From: Alphaproteobacteria bacterium
Lineage (GTDB): Bacteria; Pseudomonadota; Alphaproteobacteria; SP197
NCBI GenBank assembly: GCA_965228895.1
Contig: OZ245842.1
Span: forward strand, 416,001 to 480,000
Length of the DNA: 64,000 nt
Direction of reading: 5' to 3'
Under the pieces are notes generated by a model. The model ran no database searches and was not told the origin of the DNA. It saw only the letters and a program-made list of their open reading frames with translations. The translations under genes were made by a program, and so were the position numbers. Shown piece by piece: positions 58,271 through 64,000 of the stretch. Position 1 is the stretch's first letter. Every line of letters starts with the position of its first letter.

Positions 58271-59629
58271 CTATAAGATCGGCTTCTGCGGGGCACATGG
58301 GCTGAAAGTTTTCCACCCGAGAGTGCCGACCAAGCCGTATGTGCCTGCAGGGCGCCCCGAATTGCTTGCCGCCTGAGATCGAGAATCAACTGCTGGCGCG
58401 ATGCGCTGTTGCTCGACGCGTGAAGATTTGAGCGCCTGATTCCCCGATGATGGCGCCTCGAGGAAGCGCCTAGTTTCGTCATAGCGCACCCGGACATCGG
58501 CCATTGTCTGATAGTACTTCAGGAGTTCGTTCAGTGGCGCGGAGAAGTCTTTGTGTGCAGTGAGAACGGCAACGAGTGCGCCAAACGTCAGGTTGCCATC
58601 TATAACCAGATAGCCACCAACCGTGTAGAAGAAGAAGGGTGTTAGTTGGTTGATGAAGTTGTTCAGTGACTTCATGAAGAACTTTTTTCGATAGAGTTCG
58701 AAGCGAATATCCGCAATTCGACGTAGCACTCCGGTAAACTGCTTGCGGTTATGGCCAGCTTCCGTCCAGCCCGTGCTGATCTCTCGACCTAACACGCCTC
58801 CAAGGCCGCGCATTTCGCGTGCACGTTGCCGAGAAAGCTCGTTGACCTTGCGTTGAAGCCGCGGAATGAGAGCTAACTGAACCGGGAGGAGTGTAATTGC
58901 CGCTGCGCCAAGTACTGGGTCTTGCACAAGCATGAACGCTAGAATGGTGAGGAATGTTCCGCCTTGAAACAGTGGCAACACGAACGCGTCTCCGGCGAAC
59001 CCACCAATTGGCTCGATCTCCTGCACGAGCATTGGAATGACCTCTGAGCGATCGCCCGGCGTATTGTTGCGTCGCCAGCTACGGTAGATTGTCAGACGCA
59101 GCCGTTTCAGCAGAGACTCAGCGACACGTCCCTTGTGAACGTTGATCGCGTACTTGATTGTTGCGTTTACCAGTATGACCAGCAGGTACAGGCCACAGAG
59201 CAAGAACAGGTAGCCAGCTTGTGAGAGTGATGAATCGACAACCTCGACTGGGAAGTGCCCGGAGGAGATGGCGTTGTTGATGATGAGTTTCGGTAGCTCG
59301 AGCCCGAAATAGAGAAGGGGTAGTGCAATTGCCGCTGTAACGAGAAGCAGAAACTGGCTGCGGCGGGTATGTCTTAGAACATAGCGGAAGACGTCAAGGG
59401 TGCTGGCATTGGGCGCTGAAGCCGTAGATGCCGCGTTAGCGTTTTTGCGCCGGCGGACGATTAGGCTCCGAATGACCTTAACGAGCCATACGCCGATCAA
59501 CAACAGAAGGGCGAACGGAGCGGCAATCAAGACCGCATGAAGTACGAACTCGAACCAAGGATTGGATCCCTCGAAGAGCCAGAAGCCGATCTCATGGCCG
59601 ACACCGTGTAGGCCGAGAAACTTGTCCAC
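58271..59629 (-). CDS. ABC exporter transmembrane domain without nucleotide-binding domain
   Basis: LELPKLIINNAI, EIEPIGGFAGDA, KFFMKSLNNF...GGYLVIDGNLTFGALVA; no Walker motifs. Confidence 0.75.
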   Translation of the reverse strand: MDKFLGLHGVGHEIGFWLFEGSNPWFEFVLHAVLIAAPFALLLLIGVWLVKVIRSLIVRRRKNANAASTASAPNASTLDVFRYVLRHTRRSQFLLLVTAAIALPLLYFGLELPKLIINNAISSGHFPVEVVDSSLSQAGYLFLLCGLYLLVILVNATIKYAINVHKGRVAESLLKRLRLTIYRSWRRNNTPGDRSEVIPMLVQEIEPIGGFAGDAFVLPLFQGGTFLTILAFMLVQDPVLGAAAITLLPVQLALIPRLQRKVNELSRQRAREMRGLGGVLGREISTGWTEAGHNRKQFTGVLRRIADIRFELYRKKFFMKSLNNFINQLTPFFFYTVGGYLVIDGNLTFGALVAVLTAHKDFSAPLNELLKYYQTMADVRVRYDETRRFLEAPSSGNQALKSSRVEQQRIAPAVDSRSQAASNSGRPAGTYGLVGTLGWKTFSPCAPQKPIL

Positions 59630-59804
59630 CCTAACAGTACTCCATTCAAGCTACCGCCAACGCATCCGTGTCCCCCCTTCTTCAACAGAATCACATTGGC
59701 CTGGTTCTCAATACCGTCCTGCGTTTTCGGAACTCCAACAGGGCTGTGCGAGACCAATCGCCCTTATGCCGTGGCTCCGTTCCCGAACTGAATTGCGGCT
59801 TGCG

Positions 59805-60545
59805 TCAGAACCAGAAGCGCACACCTGCCACGACAGCGAACGTATCGACATCCTCACCCTCGGCGCGCGTCAGGTCTGCGGTTCTGCCGAGATCGCGTTC
59901 CCAGTTGACGCCGATATAGGGTGCAAACTCGCGTATGATCTCGTAGCGCAGTCTGAGGCCGAGCTCGACGTCGTTAATGCCCGAGCCGATACCGCGTTCC
60001 TCATCATCCTGAACGGCGGCGTTCATCTCGAAGGTCGGCTGAAGCACCACCTGTTGGGTCAGCAAGATGTCGTATTCGGCCTCGAACCTGCCGGAGACGT
60101 CGCCCTTGTTGCTGACGAAGGCTGCAGCATCGATCTCGAAGAAGTACGGCGCCAGGCCCTGAACGCCCAAAACGCCGAAGGTACGCTCTGGCTCCGGTGC
60201 GAAGTCGTAGCGCACGCCAATCTGCGCATCAAAGAAAGTCGAGATCTGTCGGCTGTACAGCGCCTGGACTTCTGCGTCCTCGAGCCGTCCGTCGATGGGC
60301 TGCTCGCCTTCGGTTTTCAGCCAAAGCTTTTCGACATCGCGGCCGACCCAGCCTTGAGCTTCCCAGTTGAAGCTGTCTTCGCCATCGTTGAAGCGATACT
60401 CGAACTGCTCCGCCTGGATGAAGTAGTGGAGCGGATCCGGTTCGCCGGCCTGTGCCACGTGAGCCAGAGGGGCGGTAGCGGCGACGCCCGCAACAACCAG
60501 GATTGCAAACCGCCGCCGCGGCCCAGATATGAGCAAGCCGGTCAT
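59805..60545 (-). CDS. copB: Copper resistance protein B (outer membrane)
   Basis: KLWLKTEGE, QALYSR, GLAPYFFE, LRLRYEIIREFAPYIGV, C-terminal GVRFWF. Confidence 0.93.
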   Translation of the reverse strand: MTGLLISGPRRRFAILVVAGVAATAPLAHVAQAGEPDPLHYFIQAEQFEYRFNDGEDSFNWEAQGWVGRDVEKLWLKTEGEQPIDGRLEDAEVQALYSRQISTFFDAQIGVRYDFAPEPERTFGVLGVQGLAPYFFEIDAAAFVSNKGDVSGRFEAEYDILLTQQVVLQPTFEMNAAVQDDEERGIGSGINDVELGLRLRYEIIREFAPYIGVNWERDLGRTADLTRAEGEDVDTFAVVAGVRFWF

Positions 60546-62287
60546 GGTGCGCTCACGTCGTCTGCCGAAGCGACACGTTGCTCAACGACGAACCGTGTCA
60601 TCATGCCAGCCGCCATGTGATAGAGCAGGTGGCAGTGAAATGGCCATTCGCCGGGTTCGTTGGCGGTCAGAACCGCAGACACTTCGCGTCCCGGCGGCAC
60701 AACAACGACGTGCTTCAGAGGCTTCCGGTCGGTCTCACCGTTTTCAAGCTCCATGAACATGCCATGCAAGTGCATTGGATGGGCCATCATCGTCTCATTG
60801 ACGAACCGGATGCGGACCCGGTCACCGTAGTTCACGCGGATTGGATCGCCCTGATCAAACTTCTCGCCGTTCAGGGTCCAAATGTATCGTTCCATGACGC
60901 CAGTCAACCGGACCTCGATCTCGTGATTTGGCTCGCGCGGATCAGGGTTCGCGGTGTGCGCGCGCAGATCTTCGTAGCTGAGGGCTTTGGCCCCTGTCGT
61001 GGTGTCTGCGTCATGCCAGCCGACTAGCTTCGCGTCGTTATCGGCCGACATGCCGGGCATGGACATATCACCATGATCCATGCCGTCCATGTTGCTATGG
61101 TCCATCTGTGCCATATCGCTATGGTCCATGCTGGCCATACCGTCACCTTGCATGCCCGCCATATCGCCGTGATCCATGTCCCCATGAGCCATGCCCATAT
61201 CTGCCATCGACAGAATGGTTCTTGACCGCTGGTCGGGGATGGCGGCTTCGTCACCATGGCTTGTGGCGAGCGTAGCCCTCGCGTATCCCGAACGATCCAA
61301 GGGTTCAGCCATGAAAGTGAAGGGCCTGTCTTCGGTCGGACGCACGATGACGTCATAGGTTTCACCGACACCAAATCTAAACTCGTCCACCTTGACAGGC
61401 GCCACGAACTGGCCATCGGCGGCGACCACCGTCATGGATAGATCGGGAATGTGCACATCAAAGAAGCTCATAGCTGACGCATTGATGATACGAATGCGCA
61501 CGCGCTCACCCGGTTCGAACAGCCATGTGAAGTTGTCTGCCGGGCCCCGCCCGTTGACCAGGAACGTGTAGCCCGTTACGTCGGCAAGATCGGTCGGGTC
61601 CATTCGCATTTCACCCCAGTCGAGCCGATCCTGCAGGGCGGCGTCGAAACCCATGTTGTCGACATCGTCAAAGAAGTCGAACAACGTCCGCTTGCCCTTG
61701 TTGTAGTATTCAGGGTCGGCTTTGAGGTTGCGGAGGACCCGAAGCGGGTCCTCCCGGGTGTGATCGGACAAGACAGCGACATAGTCGCGGTCGTATCGGA
61801 TCGGTTCGCGCTCCACTGGATCGATGATGATCGCGCCATACATGCCTGCCTGCTCCTGCAGCGCAGAGTGACTGTGATACCAGTAGGTCCCGGACTGGCG
61901 CAGTTTGAAGCGGTAGGTGTAAGTCTCACCTGGTTCGATTGCTTCGTAGCCATTGAAGCCGGGTGCACCATCCATCACACCTTCGATCAGCAGGCCGTGC
62001 CAGTGAATGGAGGTCGGTTCGTCGAGACGGTTGGTCGCGTAAATGACGACCTCCTCGCCCTCCTGCCAGCGCAGCGTCGGTGCTGGAACCGAACCGCCGA
62101 TCGAGATCGCGTCGAAGGTATCGCCGTCGATACTTATCTGCGTACGCTCGATGGCAAGCTCAAACTCCTGGTCGGCGGAGGCGAAGCTGCGGCGGCCGCG
62201 ATAGACGGTAACGACGCCAGCAACCCCTGCTGCCACTGCCAGGCCAAGCGCGCCGCGCCTGGACACATTTAGATCTGAGTTACTCAT
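60542..62287 (-). CDS. CopA/PcoA-family multicopper oxidase, Tat-exported
   Basis: SRRGAL leader; HWHG, WYHSH, HPMHLHG, HCHLLYHMAAGM; Met/His-rich MDH repeats. Confidence 0.95.
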   Translation of the reverse strand: MSNSDLNVSRRGALGLAVAAGVAGVVTVYRGRRSFASADQEFELAIERTQISIDGDTFDAISIGGSVPAPTLRWQEGEEVVIYATNRLDEPTSIHWHGLLIEGVMDGAPGFNGYEAIEPGETYTYRFKLRQSGTYWYHSHSALQEQAGMYGAIIIDPVEREPIRYDRDYVAVLSDHTREDPLRVLRNLKADPEYYNKGKRTLFDFFDDVDNMGFDAALQDRLDWGEMRMDPTDLADVTGYTFLVNGRGPADNFTWLFEPGERVRIRIINASAMSFFDVHIPDLSMTVVAADGQFVAPVKVDEFRFGVGETYDVIVRPTEDRPFTFMAEPLDRSGYARATLATSHGDEAAIPDQRSRTILSMADMGMAHGDMDHGDMAGMQGDGMASMDHSDMAQMDHSNMDGMDHGDMSMPGMSADNDAKLVGWHDADTTTGAKALSYEDLRAHTANPDPREPNHEIEVRLTGVMERYIWTLNGEKFDQGDPIRVNYGDRVRIRFVNETMMAHPMHLHGMFMELENGETDRKPLKHVVVVPPGREVSAVLTANEPGEWPFHCHLLYHMAAGMMTRFVVEQRVASADDVSAP

Positions 62288-62337
62288 GAGTTAGTCTCCG
62301 TTCATCACATTGCTCAGCCGTCACCAGCTGAAAGGCT

Positions 62338-62931
62338 CTAGCCGCCAAAATCGATATCACCCATCATCCCCGACTCGTAGTGGCCAGGAACGTTGCAGGC
62401 GAACTCCAGACCTGTCGCCTCGGTAAATTTCCAAACCAGTTCCTGCGTCGCGCCGGGCGCGACCAGAGCGCTGTTCGGATCGTCGTGGACGTGGCCAGAC
62501 ATACCCGTACCGGAGTGGTCCATCTCCATCATATCGTGGTCGATGCCGGTCGCCGTCAGCATGCCATGTTCCAGCATCGTCATCATCTCTTCCTGATGTT
62601 CCGCGTGCATGGCTGCCGTACCGATGTTGAATTCGTGAAGGAACTCGCCCTTGTTTTTGACGATGAACCGGACTGTCTCGCCTGCCTGAATTTCTAGGGA
62701 TTCAGGCTCAAAGTAGTTGTCGTACATTGCGATTTCGATCGTGCGGGTAACATCGTCCGGGTTTCCCGGCTCGCCGAATGCCAACGTATCGGCGTGACCA
62801 TGCGCATGGTCTTCGGTATGGCTCTCAGTTTCAGAGCCTTTGTGTAGGCTATCGGCAAATGCCGCGGGTGCAGCGGCGAGCGAAACGATGGCGGCGAGTG
62901 CAAGGACAGATTTGGATAACGTAACAGACAT
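62338..62931 (-). CDS. Periplasmic cupredoxin (CopI-like)
   Basis: Signal peptide, His-rich N-terminus, HEFNIG, ACNVPGHYESGM. Confidence 0.9.
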   Translation of the reverse strand: MSVTLSKSVLALAAIVSLAAAPAAFADSLHKGSETESHTEDHAHGHADTLAFGEPGNPDDVTRTIEIAMYDNYFEPESLEIQAGETVRFIVKNKGEFLHEFNIGTAAMHAEHQEEMMTMLEHGMLTATGIDHDMMEMDHSGTGMSGHVHDDPNSALVAPGATQELVWKFTEATGLEFACNVPGHYESGMMGDIDFGG

Positions 62932-63274
62932 TGTTGCTCTACTCCGTTGATCGATTTGAGGCGTATTGCCCCATTAAGTTTGGCGTCACACGGGCTTGCT
63001 GTTGTGATCACGCCGGTGAAAGTGCTGTGGTGAAGCTATAGGTCTGCTTCTAGCGAGTGGGCATTTCGCATGCGCTTAGCTCGGTCGGTCTTACGCTCGC
63101 CCGCGGCACAATGTGTGTTTGATCACGATTGCAGCGAGGTAACGAGAGAACCGTTGCGGATCGCGGAGCCGGCTAATTTCGCGTGGCTTTGTTCCGCTGA
63201 TGCCGGAGTGTGTCACTCAGCAGTCGACGTCCTAACAGGGCGCAAACCGATGTACCGAGAAACACGCTACCGCT

Positions 63275-63638
63275 TCAGGATGGGACTCGAGGTGGGGGAG
63301 GGTCCGAGCCCAGGTCATGTTGCGGATGCGATGTCGCATAGGAAGCTGCGACGGCTACCGCAACGTAACCGAGACCGGAGACCAAGTTATCGCGGACGAG
63401 GGGGTCGAGGTGGTGAAGGCAGTCACCGTGATGGTTGACTTCGGCATCCTCGCCGTGCAGCGAAGACCAGTCATCGGCGACCATGATGCAGATGGATCCT
63501 GCATGAGAGTGCCCAGATGTGCCATCTGAGTCGGCAAGCAGCGGATGCGGATTAATGGCCAGCAAAAGCACAGCAGAAAAAGCCAACAGCAGGCCGACCC
63601 TAACTGCCCATTTCCGTATTCCGTCGGTCAAACTCATT
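63275..63638 (-). CDS. Hypothetical His-rich exported protein
   Basis: Hydrophobic leader, GHSH, HHGDCLHH, C-terminal DPPPPR; downstream of a CueR box. Confidence 0.6.
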
Positions 63639-63679
63639 GGCGATCGACACCACAACATGAATGAATCTCACTGAGCGAA

Positions 63680-63710
63680 CAAATGGGGGTTTCCCCCGCT
63701 GGAAGGTCAA
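63680..63710 (-). promoter_or_regulatory. CueR-type box (leftward)
   Basis: Minus strand TTGACCTTCCAGCGGGGGAAACC. Confidence 0.7.
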
Positions 63711-63936
63711 GTCGAAAGTTCTGCTGTCACGCCGACGTGACCGTTGGAACCGCTCTTCTACCTTTTGGTAGCACATTGCCGGAATCTCCCCAACGGGACA
63801 ATTTGGTTACGCTTTGCCGACTCGAAAGTCGTCGGCTATGTGAGCCGCTGGCTCGCGTTCGGAGAGCAGCTGCTTAACGAAGAGGAACGCGCTGCCAACG
63901 TCGAGCAGCCTCACAGATTTTTGATGCCCTTCAACG

Positions 63937-63967
63937 TTGACCTTGCGGCTGGTGGAAGGAGCACGAT
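63937..63967 (+). promoter_or_regulatory. CueR-type box (rightward, target gene beyond window)
   Basis: TTGACC-TTGCGGCTGGTGGAAGGAG (19 bp)-CACGAT. Confidence 0.7.
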
Positions 63968-64000
63968 CTTGGAGGCTTGAGGGTGGTTGAGACTGGCCAG

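Noticed and set aside
61050-61200. Tandem DNA repeat (CCATG-rich)
   Set aside because: It encodes the Met/His-rich MDH linker that is ordinary in CopA-type multicopper oxidases.
63744-63980. 78-aa ORF between two CueR boxes
   Set aside because: TTG start with no RBS, overlaps a promoter, no recognisable motif; at most a gene remnant.

Overview
GC-rich, probably alphaproteobacterial accessory region with no rRNA, tRNA or CRISPR and no core housekeeping genes. It reads as stacked cargo modules. (1) 1-11 kb: Rieske ring-hydroxylating dioxygenase alpha/beta, a TMADH/DMADH-family flavoprotein, a sugar-type ABC binding protein, an N,N-dimethylformamidase-like alpha/beta pair, an M24 hydrolase and a cupin. 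(2) 11.4-23.2 kb: CoA-dependent catabolic operon (DUF35 + Cys-less thiolase fold, enoyl-CoA hydratase, CoA ligase, two PhyH dioxygenases, amidohydrolase, IclR, aryl-alcohol dehydrogenase, RidA, SDR). (3) 23.4-25 kb: a decayed peptide-ABC ATPase plus two IS remnants. (4) 25-35.2 kb: GlxA-type regulator, atypical enolase-superfamily enzyme, M24, polyamine-type ABC, M20, SDR, VOC. (5) 35.8-47.3 kb: PEP-dependent dihydroxyacetone-kinase system with its own HPr/EI and a carbohydrate ABC transporter. (6) 47.7-50.4 kb: Cd/Zn/Pb-type MerR module. (7) 51-64 kb: CueR copper island. The most striking unannotated structure is four co-oriented 28-bp dif-like (11+6+11, CATAA-TGCAG[A/G]-TTATG) sites at 11145, 35356, 47536 and 50540, each intergenic and at a module boundary. 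Two of them sit directly after an identical 34-bp repeat. This suggests a Xer-recombinase-assembled cassette array. All family calls come from motif recognition without database searches, and substrates are inferences.
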